Program-made: the position numbers and the translations under genes | From: Candidatus Woesearchaeota archaeon | Lineage (GTDB): Archaea > Nanobdellota > Nanobdellia > Pacearchaeales > GW2011-AR1 | NCBI GenBank assembly: GCA_964530955.1 | Contig: CAZHCL010000005.1 | Coordinates: 1-46,683, forward strand | Reading direction: 5' to 3' | Length of the DNA: 46,683 nt | Notes under the pieces: model-generated | What the model was told of the DNA's origin: nothing | Database searches by the model: none | Seen by the model: only the letters and a program-made list of their open reading frames with translations | In this document: one piece after another, positions 1-8,886 of the stretch | Position numbering within the stretch: the stretch's first letter is position 1 | How the letters are laid out: every line of letters starts with the position of its first letter

Positions 1-93
1 AAAGAATTACTCTTGAATGGGTATATAAATGTTTCGGAAAATCTAATATAAAATCATCAAATCTTGGGAATAAAATTAGAGGAAAATAAATTA

Positions 94-363
94 TTAAAAT
101 AAGCGAAAAACAACTACTGCCACTAAGAAATAAAATATCATTAATGACCCTAATATTATTCCGGTTATTGCCAGCCATGCTCCTTTCTTATTATTTTTTT
201 TAATATCCCTCAATGCGAATATTCCAAAAAATAGGGAGAGAACAGGTAAGACAATGCCGAAATAAAAAGGTAAGCCAAACCAAGTCGATATACTTAAATC
301 GGATAAAATTCCTAAAACAAGACTTGTAATTGCAAAACCAGACATTTTCTTCTCCCCTTCCAT
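94..363 (-). CDS. Small two-TM membrane protein, DUF4190-like
   Basis: AITSLVLGILS...FGIFALRDIKK...KGAWLAITGIILG matches the DUF4190 pattern; TTTAAATA box at 392-385, 29 nt upstream of the ATG. Confidence 0.7.
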   Translation of the reverse strand: MEGEKKMSGFAITSLVLGILSDLSISTWFGLPFYFGIVLPVLSLFFGIFALRDIKKNNKKGAWLAITGIILGSLMIFYFLVAVVVFRLF

Positions 364-410
364 TTTTTCTATAATAATTTTATCTATTTAAATAATTCTA
401 TTATTGATTA

Positions 411-1328
411 TTATAAAAGCAAATGAAGCAATAAGGCCATTCTAATATATAGTCCATTTTCTGCCTGTCTAAAATAGGCAATTCTGTCATCGGTTTCTTC
501 TATCTCTATTGGAATATTTATTTCATCAATTTTTGGAAGAGGATGCATAACTCTAGAAGTTTTTTTCAGAAGACCAAGATTTGCCATATTCAAAACATAT
601 TTTCCTTTTGCTTTTTCATAATCCTCGGGACTTATTCTCTCTTTTTGCAATCTAGTCATATAGATAACATCAATTTCGGGAAGAATTTCTTCTAAATTAC
701 TTTCTTCCCTGAATTTAACATCGTGTTTAGTTAAATAATCTTTAATGTCTTGTGCTATTCTTAAATTATCTGGAGAGACAAAAATTATTTCATTGTTCTT
801 GAATTTTCCAAGAAGATAGCATAATGAACGAACTGTTCTTCCAGAAGCTAAGTCTCCGACCATCGCTATTTTTATTCCCTCGACTTTTTTGAATTCTCTA
901 TAGATAGTATACAAATCAAGAAGAGCTTGTGTTGGATGCTGTCCCTTTCCATCTCCCGCATTTATAATTGGAACATTACTAATTCTTGCAGCTCTTTCTG
1001 CAGTGCCTTCTTCATAATGCCTTATAACTATGCAGTCAGCATAGGATGACACAATTCTTGTCGTATCTTCAACTGATTCTCCCTTGATTGCAGAAGAAAA
1101 TTCTTTTGCATTTTCAGTGCTTAATACAGAACCACCTAGTTTTAGCATCGCTGATTCAAAACTTAATCTAGTTCTTGTGCTAGGTTCATAAAATAGAGTT
1201 GCTAGAATTTTTCCATTAAGAACTGGTTCAATTACATTCAAAAGTCGAAGCTGGTCTGCCTTCATAAACAAGTTAGAAATAATTTCAGGTTCAAGTTGCT
1301 GCGATTCTGTAAAATTTACCAGCCTCAT
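411..1328 (-). CDS. pyrB: Aspartate carbamoyltransferase catalytic subunit
   Basis: FYEPSTRTRLSFE, KGES, IRH, NAGDG..HPTQALLD, GRT, TRLQKER and HPLP all intact. Start moved from the track's TTG (1343) to ATG 1328, 30 nt below the TTTTTATA box at 1358-1351. Confidence 0.96.
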   Translation of the reverse strand: MRLVNFTESQQLEPEIISNLFMKADQLRLLNVIEPVLNGKILATLFYEPSTRTRLSFESAMLKLGGSVLSTENAKEFSSAIKGESVEDTTRIVSSYADCIVIRHYEEGTAERAARISNVPIINAGDGKGQHPTQALLDLYTIYREFKKVEGIKIAMVGDLASGRTVRSLCYLLGKFKNNEIIFVSPDNLRIAQDIKDYLTKHDVKFREESNLEEILPEIDVIYMTRLQKERISPEDYEKAKGKYVLNMANLGLLKKTSRVMHPLPKIDEINIPIEIEETDDRIAYFRQAENGLYIRMALLLHLLL

Positions 1329-1384
1329 CGAAAAGACATGCAAAAATCAATATAAAAAGATTGTCGTAATGAAATTATCTAGAA

Positions 1385-2188
1385 TTATTTAGGAGGCTGG
1401 AGAGTATCCCAGTCTTCTACAAATTCCTGAATTGGAGGAATAGGAACATCCATCTTTCTCATTTCAATATATAACTTAGTAAGTAGATAGAAAATCATTC
1501 CCATTGACTTTGCAGATTTATTATTTCCAGGAACTATTTTTGCTATTCCTTGGGTGAAATTATTTGTATCGCAGATTGAAAGAACTGGAACATTTATTCT
1601 ATTTGCATCCTGCAACGCATTTTTGTCAAGCCAAGGATCGCAGATAAATATTAATTCTGCTTCTGTGAAATTTTCAAGATTGGTATTGGTGATTATTCCT
1701 GCAGGGTATTTTTTAGTGAAAACTCTTATTCCTGTGGCTTCTGCAAATCTATTAACTGCTTTCCAACAGGATTCTCTCTTTCCAACTAGAATTATATTTT
1801 CAGGCGCGAATTTTGCAAGGTATTCTGCTCCTTCTTTTATTTTTTCATCAAGTAAACTTGTATTGAAAACTGCAAGTCCGTCCGCCCTTCTTCTATAAAC
1901 ATAGGAACGCATATCTGGAGTGATTACTCTTGTTCCAAGATGAATTGATGCTTTCAAATAATCCTCTATTGGGACAAGCATTACTTTCTTCTCTTCTTCC
2001 TCTTCAGGCTTGACTTTTTTCTTTAAATCTATATCCTTAATGTCTTCTACTGTCTTTTCAAGTTTCTTAGCTTTTTCAAGAAGCTTTGCAAGTTTTGCCT
2101 TTTTGTCTTCTAATTCAGAAACTGGCTTTGCTTCTGCTACTTCTTTCTCTTCAGTCTTAGATACTTCTGTCTTCTTTGCTTTTGCCAT
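1385..2188 (-). CDS. rps2: 30S ribosomal protein uS2 with long charged N-terminal extension
   Basis: YLKASIHLGT, YVYRRRADGLAVFN, DPWLDKNALQDA, ICDTNN, PGNNKS. Confidence 0.95.
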   Translation of the reverse strand: MAKAKKTEVSKTEEKEVAEAKPVSELEDKKAKLAKLLEKAKKLEKTVEDIKDIDLKKKVKPEEEEEKKVMLVPIEDYLKASIHLGTRVITPDMRSYVYRRRADGLAVFNTSLLDEKIKEGAEYLAKFAPENIILVGKRESCWKAVNRFAEATGIRVFTKKYPAGIITNTNLENFTEAELIFICDPWLDKNALQDANRINVPVLSICDTNNFTQGIAKIVPGNNKSAKSMGMIFYLLTKLYIEMRKMDVPIPPIQEFVEDWDTLQPPK

Positions 2189-2254
2189 TGTAATTCGGGT
2201 GATAAATAGCGCACGGGTTAGTCTGGGTTTATTTCAGCCAGTACGTGCTAATAT
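2189..2254 (-). ncRNA. Candidate structured 5' leader of rps2
   Basis: Minus strand TAGCACG-TA-CTGG-(11 nt loop)-CCAG-ACTAACC-CGTGCGCTA (2250-2207): two stems and an internal loop, GC-rich against background; TATA candidates at 2283-2276 and 2272-2265. Confidence 0.45.
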
Positions 2255-2356
2255 CTTTTTTTAAGATTTAAAGGGTTTTTAAATCATTCTATTGCCTTTT
2301 TCTTCTGAGAGAATTAAATACAATAATGCTTTTAAACATAAATAATATTAATTCTC

Positions 2357-2752
2357 ATGCCAAAATTTGTTGATATCGAAACCCCATATGCCTCTCCTAC
2401 TTCTGAAGGATTAATTAGAAATATTAGATATGCAAGAGCTTGTGTGAGGGACAGCTTATCGAGAGGAGAAATTCCTTTTGCATCGCACCTTTTTTATACT
2501 CAACCAGGAGTACTGGATGATACTGTGCCTGCTGAAAGAGAAAGAGGTATAATGGCCGGAAAAACAATGATTGAAACATTATGTGCAGTTACAGTAGTCT
2601 ATACAGACTTAGGAATTTCCAAAGGAATGGAATTTGGAATGGAGATGGCTAGAAAATCAGGGAGACAAATAGAGCAAAGAACGCTCGGAGCCAACTGGGA
2701 ACAAGAATTTTCCATGCATGAAATAAATCATGCTCATATCAATGCTTGGTAG
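2357..2752 (+). CDS. DUF7768/DUF4406-like protein, nucleoside deoxyribosyltransferase-like fold, phage-associated family
   Basis: ETPYA..RNIRYARAC.RDSL.RGE.PFASHL.YTQ.GVLDD..P.ER..GI, VVYTDLGISKGM; own TTTTAAAC box at 2330. Confidence 0.7.
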   Translation: MPKFVDIETPYASPTSEGLIRNIRYARACVRDSLSRGEIPFASHLFYTQPGVLDDTVPAERERGIMAGKTMIETLCAVTVVYTDLGISKGMEFGMEMARKSGRQIEQRTLGANWEQEFSMHEINHAHINAW

Positions 2753-3907
2753 TTATTTCAAACTCTTTTCAATCTCAATCAATCTATTCAACTTTGCTTC
2801 TCTCCACTTCGTCGCTATTCCACACTTAATATAATCTGCTCCAAAGCCGACAGCATAATCTGCCAATGCATTGTCAAGAGTTTCTCCTGAGCGATGAGAC
2901 ATTATAGTTTTTATCTTGTATTTTTTACAAATATCGAAGATTTCTTTTAATTGCAAAAGAGAACCATTCTGATTAGGTTTGATGATAATTGCATTTATTG
3001 ATTTGCTTTTTATTGCTCTCATCAATCTGTTTTTATGAGTTACTGTTAAATCATCCCCTACTACAAGACACCTACTGTTTCTTCTAGGTGATCTTCCCTT
3101 TAGAATCTTTGAAAATCCATTAAAATCTTCTTCCTCTAGAGGGTCTTCGCAGTAAAACAGATTATATTTGCTAATTAATTCATTTACATAATCTATCTGC
3201 TCATCTTTTGAAAGTAATTTATCATTGTATTCATATTTTTTATTTTTGAAAAAAGATGAGGCAGCTATATCTGTGCCTATTCTTACTTTGTTTTTGAATT
3301 TTTCCAAAAATTGGAAAACTTTTTCCTCGTCGGCTGAAACTTCCCATGCTCCTTCATCAGTTAATTGCTTAGATTTTGTTATTTTTCCAAGCTTCTTGTA
3401 TACTTCTTTCATGATTACAAAATTTTCTTTTATTTTCTTTGATTTAGGAATGAGCAAAAATTCCTGGAAAATGGGATGATTCTTTGCATGTGCATGCAAT
3501 CCTCCCTCAATTGAATTTCCAACTGGAACTGGAATTCTTTTTGCTTTTTTATTAATTATTTGCCAAAGCTCTTGCTTTTTTTCTTTGGCAAGTGCTTTTA
3601 GTACTGCTGACTCCAACGCGAAAAGAGCATTCGCACCAAAATGAGTTACATCTTTCAAATCAAATTCATTCTTTAACATTGCTTCAACATATTTTAAATC
3701 ATCAAAAGAATTTATTGGCTGTGCAAGATATATTGAATTTATAGCTTTGATATTCCAATCTATATTTTTTCTATAGGGTTTAGTTTCAAATTTACCTGTT
3801 GACTTTCCACTTGGGGCAGATGCTTTGCATCCATTTACAACAACTTCGATTGTGTCATCTCCTCTAGAGTCAGGAATCTTTCTTGCATAAACCTCTTTTA
3901 TATACAT
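2753..3907 (-). CDS. eno: Enolase (compact, 384 aa)
   Basis: DSRG..TIEV, PSGKSTG, GGLHA, FQEF, DEGA, GTDIAAS, EDP, GDDL, IKPNQ.G, SHRSGET, IKCG; catalytic and Mg ligands present. Confidence 0.95.
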   Translation of the reverse strand: MYIKEVYARKIPDSRGDDTIEVVVNGCKASAPSGKSTGKFETKPYRKNIDWNIKAINSIYLAQPINSFDDLKYVEAMLKNEFDLKDVTHFGANALFALESAVLKALAKEKKQELWQIINKKAKRIPVPVGNSIEGGLHAHAKNHPIFQEFLLIPKSKKIKENFVIMKEVYKKLGKITKSKQLTDEGAWEVSADEEKVFQFLEKFKNKVRIGTDIAASSFFKNKKYEYNDKLLSKDEQIDYVNELISKYNLFYCEDPLEEEDFNGFSKILKGRSPRRNSRCLVVGDDLTVTHKNRLMRAIKSKSINAIIIKPNQNGSLLQLKEIFDICKKYKIKTIMSHRSGETLDNALADYAVGFGADYIKCGIATKWREAKLNRLIEIEKSLK

Positions 3908-3960
3908 GAATTAATCAGAAAAACGAGATTAATAAAGATTAGGTTAGATTGAAAATTTAT

Positions 3961-4206
3961 TTAATTTACAGGCTCTAAAGTTATTTTAAATCCCTGAACA
4001 CTAACATTTGATACTTCAGCTTTTATGTTATCTCTGTCAGCATCTACGCAAGAAGAATCTGCTATAACTTTTTCAAGATTTTCTGCACTGACGCAAACTT
4101 TTCCTACTTCTCTTTCATCTTTTCCAGGAAAATACTTCTCAACAAAATGAGATTTTCCCTTTGCTGATTTCAGTTCATAATATACTCTATAAATTCCTAA
4201 ACTCAT
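3961..4206 (-). CDS. Hypothetical protein, 81 aa
   Basis: Fills the gap between rpoK and eno; own TTTAAATA box at 4235-4228, 29 nt from the ATG; no family recognised. Confidence 0.7.
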   Translation of the reverse strand: MSLGIYRVYYELKSAKGKSHFVEKYFPGKDEREVGKVCVSAENLEKVIADSSCVDADRDNIKAEVSNVSVQGFKITLEPVN

Positions 4207-4274
4207 AAAATAAAATAATTTGGTTATTATTTAAATGTTCATTAGAAAATTAACTTAAAATAGGTAGTGAAATA

Positions 4275-4652
4275 TTACTGCTCTTCAGAACCAGCGTCAT
4301 GGGATTCTTCGGCATCATCGGGCTGGACTAAACCTAGTTCGGTGGCGTCTTCAACAATCTCTTTCTCAACTTCCTGCTCTTTTGCAACAAGTTCTTCATC
4401 AGAAACTTTCTCTTCTCTGATTGCCTGAAGCTTTTCCTTCTTCTTTCTTGGAACTGGTCTGTTGATTGATATGGGAAGGACTCCTTCTTTCAATTCTCTC
4501 TCTGCAATTTTGAGAGCATCATACTTCATTTCCTTTAAATCGGCTTCAGGAATTTTTAAAAGAAGTGGAGCATCCATCGCTATCTGCAGAGCTCTTGCTC
4601 CGATAATTCTAGCAATTTCATACTTCGTAAATTTTTGTAATAGCTGTTCCAT
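4275..4652 (-). CDS. rpoK: RNA polymerase subunit Rpo6/K with acidic C-terminal extension
   Basis: FTKYEIARIIGARALQIAMDAP, IAEREL..GVLPISINRP. Confidence 0.95.
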   Translation of the reverse strand: MEQLLQKFTKYEIARIIGARALQIAMDAPLLLKIPEADLKEMKYDALKIAERELKEGVLPISINRPVPRKKKEKLQAIREEKVSDEELVAKEQEVEKEIVEDATELGLVQPDDAEESHDAGSEEQ

Positions 4653-4663
4653 ATATTAATTCT

Positions 4664-5479
4664 TTATAGAATCTTTTTAAGTCTTTCGCTAACCTCTTCA
4701 AACTTCTTAGGAAGGATTTCCATCATTTTTTCGATTTCTTCCTGAGTGAAAGGTGTTCTTCCTGACTTCTGACAGGAGTTTATCATATATCCTTTGTTAT
4801 AAGAGGAAAGGCCAAATGTTACTCTCACGTCGCAAGCCTCTGCTTCTTCTCTTGTTGGATCAAGCAAAAGAGAGTTTCCTAGCTTATAGAAAGTGAATGA
4901 AAATGGCCCCATTTCTTTTGAAAGAGGAAGCTTTTCTTTTGTTTTCTTATCATAATCTATTTTTGAGTCTTTATCCAATCCAGGAAGGAAAGTATTTCTT
5001 AAAGCTGCTACAGCGCCGATGGTTGCTGCATCAATTAGGTTTCCATCATCATTTATAGGGTAAATATCTATAATCACTGTCCAGACTTTTTCTCCCTCTT
5101 TGACTACTAATTTCTTTAAATCGATTATTTTTGATTCTCTAATTGCACGATCAACTAATCTTGGAAGTTCAATAGCATAAAAATCAGGTGGACCTGCTTG
5201 GAATCTTGGTGAAGCGAGAGGAAGCATATCTCCAGATACCATTAAATTACCTTTATCCATTGAATCAGGATAAGGCTCTCCTACCTGTAGTTTTACTCCA
5301 ACTACTACTTCTGTTTTTCCTAAACTGACTCTTGCTGAACCTTCCGCCTTGTTTGATACATCGAAACCTACTTTTATTTCTCTCAAATCAAATAATCCTC
5401 TACCGTCAAATCTTTTGCCTGCTTCGAACATCTTTCTAAGAGTGTCTATGGTCAGATTTGATGTTTCCATTGAGCTCAT
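4664..5479 (-). CDS. rrp42: Exosome core subunit Rrp42
   Basis: GKRFDGRGLFDLREI, AEGSARVSLGKTEVVVGVK, PYPDS, ELPRLVDRAIRES, DDGNLIDA. Confidence 0.95.
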   Translation of the reverse strand: MSSMETSNLTIDTLRKMFEAGKRFDGRGLFDLREIKVGFDVSNKAEGSARVSLGKTEVVVGVKLQVGEPYPDSMDKGNLMVSGDMLPLASPRFQAGPPDFYAIELPRLVDRAIRESKIIDLKKLVVKEGEKVWTVIIDIYPINDDGNLIDAATIGAVAALRNTFLPGLDKDSKIDYDKKTKEKLPLSKEMGPFSFTFYKLGNSLLLDPTREEAEACDVRVTFGLSSYNKGYMINSCQKSGRTPFTQEEIEKMMEILPKKFEEVSERLKKIL

Positions 5480-6180
5480 TTTTCAACTACCTCCTTTAGG
5501 GCTTTCTTTTGAACTTCGTAAATCTCTTCAAAACATTTGTTTGCCATATCTAAAACTTCCTTTACTCTCTCAGGAGGTATTTTTCCGTCTAATTGTAATA
5601 ATGTGAATTCATCCGTATTTGCTATTTTTGCAAGTGGGAAGTCTGTTGCTCCTTCTCCATCTTCAAAATCCTCTTCATCCTTATCTAAATCAACAATTAT
5701 TTCTTTGTCTTGCTTTCCTAGAGCGACTGAACAAACAAGATTTCTCATTGGAATTCCTGCATGAGCCAAAGCAAGTGATGCTGCATTTATTCCAGCAGTT
5801 CTTGTTCCTGCGTCCGCCTGAAGAATATAAATTTGAACATCTATGACAGTATTAGGGAAAGCTTCCAAGTCAAGAACAGGTGAAAGAGCCCATTCGGTCA
5901 TCTTTGAAATTTCTTGTGAACGTCTTGATGGCCCTGGCTTTTTTCTATCTGCGACTGAGAATGAAAGAAGATCATAATTAACTCTTAGTATTCCTGTTGC
6001 TGGATCCTGCATGTGTTGTGGATGCAACTGTCTTGGTCCATAAACTGCTGCGATTGCAACTGTTTTTCCGAATGAAAACATTGCTGAGCCGTCTGCGTTT
6101 GGAACTATTCCTACTTTTGCAATCATAGGTCTGAGCTCATTTAATGCTCTTCCGGATGGTCTTTTGAATTTCTCTGCCAT
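5476..6180 (-). CDS. rrp41: Exosome catalytic subunit Rrp41
   Basis: RPSGRALNELRP, ADGSA, AAVYGPR, PGPSRRSQEIS, LQADAGTR, DL...EED....ATDFP. Confidence 0.95.
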   Translation of the reverse strand: MAEKFKRPSGRALNELRPMIAKVGIVPNADGSAMFSFGKTVAIAAVYGPRQLHPQHMQDPATGILRVNYDLLSFSVADRKKPGPSRRSQEISKMTEWALSPVLDLEAFPNTVIDVQIYILQADAGTRTAGINAASLALAHAGIPMRNLVCSVALGKQDKEIIVDLDKDEEDFEDGEGATDFPLAKIANTDEFTLLQLDGKIPPERVKEVLDMANKCFEEIYEVQKKALKEVVEK

Positions 6181-6181
6181 T

Positions 6182-6913
6182 TTAATTCTTGGTAAACCAA
6201 TCCTCCATTTTTTCTGTTAAGCCCTCGACAAAAGGTTTGTCTGTGACAAATTCAATTGCCTTTCTTGCTTTTATTTGAGAATCAATATCGTTTCCTTTTA
6301 TCCAAACCCATCCATTTTGTCCGACCGAAATATTGCAGGCTGTTTTTTCTTTGATAAGATTAATCATTGAACCTTCTCTGCCAATTACTCTTGGAACTCT
6401 GTTTGGGCTTACTCTGAAAATGAAACCGCCTTCAAGCTTTCCAAGACCTTTGCCTTTTAATGTTAAGTCAATTCCTCTTGTATTTACAGACCATATTTTT
6501 GCTGAGATTACATCACCTATAGCTAAGAATTGGTCCATTTCGCTCTTGTTAATGAATCTGGGAGATTCATCAATGGGCAAAAATCCAGATGAAGCAGAAT
6601 CAATATCTACAACCCATCCATTGAATGTTATATTTGTGACTCTTCCTATAATTACATTGTTTCTTCTTGGTATGAATGCGCCAGTTATTGCTATAACTTT
6701 GACTACTCTTCCAGATTCCTCTGCCAAACCAAACCTAGATGCGATAACGTTTACTCCCTCTCTTCTTGCGCCTTCGCTAGGAAGATAATCGTCTCCAGAA
6801 ACTATAATTTCTCCAGGAACAACTACTCTTCTTTTTTTAGAATTATCATCGTCAAAACCAGAAACGTTGCTCTCTTCTGACATTTCCCTTGGATTCTCTC
6901 TATCGTTATTCAT
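6182..6913 (-). CDS. rrp4: Exosome RNA-binding cap subunit Rrp4 (S1 + KH)
   Basis: VVVPGE, FIPRRNNVIIGRV, PNRVPRVIGREGSMI, VGQNGWVWI. Confidence 0.95.
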   Translation of the reverse strand: MNNDRENPREMSEESNVSGFDDDNSKKRRVVVPGEIIVSGDDYLPSEGARREGVNVIASRFGLAEESGRVVKVIAITGAFIPRRNNVIIGRVTNITFNGWVVDIDSASSGFLPIDESPRFINKSEMDQFLAIGDVISAKIWSVNTRGIDLTLKGKGLGKLEGGFIFRVSPNRVPRVIGREGSMINLIKEKTACNISVGQNGWVWIKGNDIDSQIKARKAIEFVTDKPFVEGLTEKMEDWFTKN

Positions 6914-7022
6914 GTAATTTTAAAACAAGACAGCAGATAATTGTAATTTTTCTACTATCCTTTAGCTTTATTTATATCAGAAATTGCTTTTGGAGGTTTA
7001 AAAATCTGTCGGTTTTGAAAAA

Positions 7023-7697
7023 TCAATTTTCTTTTATCTCTTCACTCTGAATAGCACCATGAGTTACATGGTTAAGCTTCTCGTAGAAGTCAATTTGCAT
7101 TCCCGCAGGGATATTTATTACTGCCTGAAGAGAGCCGTTAGGAAGCCAATCCTCGCTTTGCTTGTACTCCTTAAGAAGGCTATAAACAGAACCAGTATAT
7201 TGAGCAGGGACTGTTAACTTTATTTTTTTGGTTTCTATCTTTATTGGAATTACAGTCTTAAGTTTTTCAAGTAACTGAGGCATTTGCTGCTCTGCTGAAC
7301 GATTGTCAAAATTATAATGGACTTCTTCAATCGCTCTCTTTAATCTTTCTTCAGTATAAGGTCTGCCATTCTGGTCAATTGCGTTCTTTATTATGAGATT
7401 TATTACTTGCTTAATCTTAGCTTCTTTTTCTGCATCTCTAAACTCTTGGTTTTTCTGGACTTCTCCGGAAGTAATTATTTTCTGAGCAACCTGATAAATA
7501 TCCTCTGTGCCAAATGCATCAAGCAAATCTGCTTTTGGAACATGCAAACCCTTTTTCATATCTGAAAAAACAGCAGGAGTTACCAATGCAGAGTTGATAT
7601 TTCCTTTTCCGGCTTTAAACTTTAGGGCTTCATCTAAATCAACTAGAATTTCATAATGCTTTCCCTTTGCCTTTATCCTTGCTGTGACTTGTGCCAT
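7023..7697 (-). CDS. sdo1: Ribosome maturation factor SBDS/Sdo1
   Basis: ARIKAKGKHYEILVD, AFGTED, IITSGEVQ, IPAGMQ.DFYEKLN..THG; TTTATAAA box at 7726-7719. Confidence 0.93.
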   Translation of the reverse strand: MAQVTARIKAKGKHYEILVDLDEALKFKAGKGNINSALVTPAVFSDMKKGLHVPKADLLDAFGTEDIYQVAQKIITSGEVQKNQEFRDAEKEAKIKQVINLIIKNAIDQNGRPYTEERLKRAIEEVHYNFDNRSAEQQMPQLLEKLKTVIPIKIETKKIKLTVPAQYTGSVYSLLKEYKQSEDWLPNGSLQAVINIPAGMQIDFYEKLNHVTHGAIQSEEIKEN

Positions 7698-7753
7698 TGA
7701 CTATAAACCCGATAATGTTTTATAAAGATTTGTATAATCATTCAGGTGAAAAA

Positions 7754-7972
7754 TTAAGCATGATTTTCTTGAAGTAATTCTGCTAACTTTCTTCCATCAG
7801 GGTCTGCTTCAGGAAGGGCATATGCTGCTGAGCTCCATAAAGAGTTATGATCCCTGCAATCACCATATTGTGGATGGCCTGCCTGATAATCTGCAACAGC
7901 TTCCCTGCGCATATGTTCTTTTGCAACTCTGACTGAAAAGCGAGCTCCGGGAACTAGGTTATCTAATGACAT
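7754..7972 (-). CDS. Hypothetical protein, 72 aa
   Basis: Occupies the gap between sdo1 and psmA; own TTTAAAG box at about 8000; no family recognised. Confidence 0.6.
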   Translation of the reverse strand: MSLDNLVPGARFSVRVAKEHMRREAVADYQAGHPQYGDCRDHNSLWSSAAYALPEADPDGRKLAELLQENHA

Positions 7973-8095
7973 GTATAATTAATGTTAAAAAGACTTTAAA
8001 TTTTTATTGGTTTTGGCTATAAAAATTTGATAATCATAAAGCTTAAATATCCCTGAAACTGACAAATTATATAAATTTTTAAAAAGGATTTTAAA

Positions 8096-8821
8096 ATGGA
8101 TATACCAACAGAAATGCAGCATCAGGCAATGGGCTATGACCGAGCAGCCACGATGTTCTCTCCTGACGGACACCTACTTCAGGTTGAATATGCGGAGAAA
8201 ACAGTCAAGCTTGGCAGTGCCAGCATTGGACTTGAATGCAAGGATGGAGTAGTAATAATTTCTGACAGAAGAATAAGAGATAAATTGATAACTCCTGACT
8301 CAGCAAATAAGATATTTGAAATTGATGAGCATATCATTGCAACTGCCTCAGGAATATTATCGGATGTTAGAGTTTTGGTTGACCATTCACAGCTTTTAGC
8401 TCAGCAGAACAGAATAACCTATAGTAGTCCAATAGAACCTATTGAAGTGATAAGAGCAATTGCAGACAGAAAGCAAATGTTCACCCAGTATGGAGGAGCA
8501 AGACCCTACGCTGTTGCTTTCTTGGTTGGTGGAATAAACAAGGGAAAAGCACACCTTTACACTTCTGATGTTACCGGAAACTTCTATGAATATCATGCAA
8601 ATGCAATTGGAGAGAACGATGAGAAGATAAAGGAAATATTAAGAAGAGATTATGACGCGGACATGACTGTAGAGGAAGGAATAAAATTTGCTTTGAAAAT
8701 ATTCAAGGAAATTCTTGAGAAGAATTTTGATTTGCAGAGATTTGATATAGGTTATATTAAGACTGCAGATGTCAAGATAGTCAGATTACATGGCGATGAT
8801 TTGAAGAAGTTTGTCAAATAA
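8096..8821 (+). CDS. psmA: Proteasome subunit alpha
   Basis: GYDRAATMFSPDGHLLQVEYA, IFEIDEHI.ATASG, QYGGARPY; TTATATAA box at 8067. Confidence 0.97.
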   Translation: MDIPTEMQHQAMGYDRAATMFSPDGHLLQVEYAEKTVKLGSASIGLECKDGVVIISDRRIRDKLITPDSANKIFEIDEHIIATASGILSDVRVLVDHSQLLAQQNRITYSSPIEPIEVIRAIADRKQMFTQYGGARPYAVAFLVGGINKGKAHLYTSDVTGNFYEYHANAIGENDEKIKEILRRDYDADMTVEEGIKFALKIFKEILEKNFDLQRFDIGYIKTADVKIVRLHGDDLKKFVK

Positions 8822-8886
8822 TTTTGTTACTTGTTTTGACGAAAATTTCCCCCTGGGTTTAAATAGCTTCTAAAATAGTTGAAATT

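Noticed and set aside
1-51. Possible 3' end of a plus-strand gene (KELLLNGYINVSENLI*)
   Set aside because: Too short to distinguish from a chance open frame.
6914-7004. Possible structured leader for rrp4
   Set aside because: Two alternative TATA boxes and only a weak AT-rich hairpin; not distinguishable from background.
7985-8173. 62-aa minus ORF
   Set aside because: Overlaps the psmA start and both divergent promoters.
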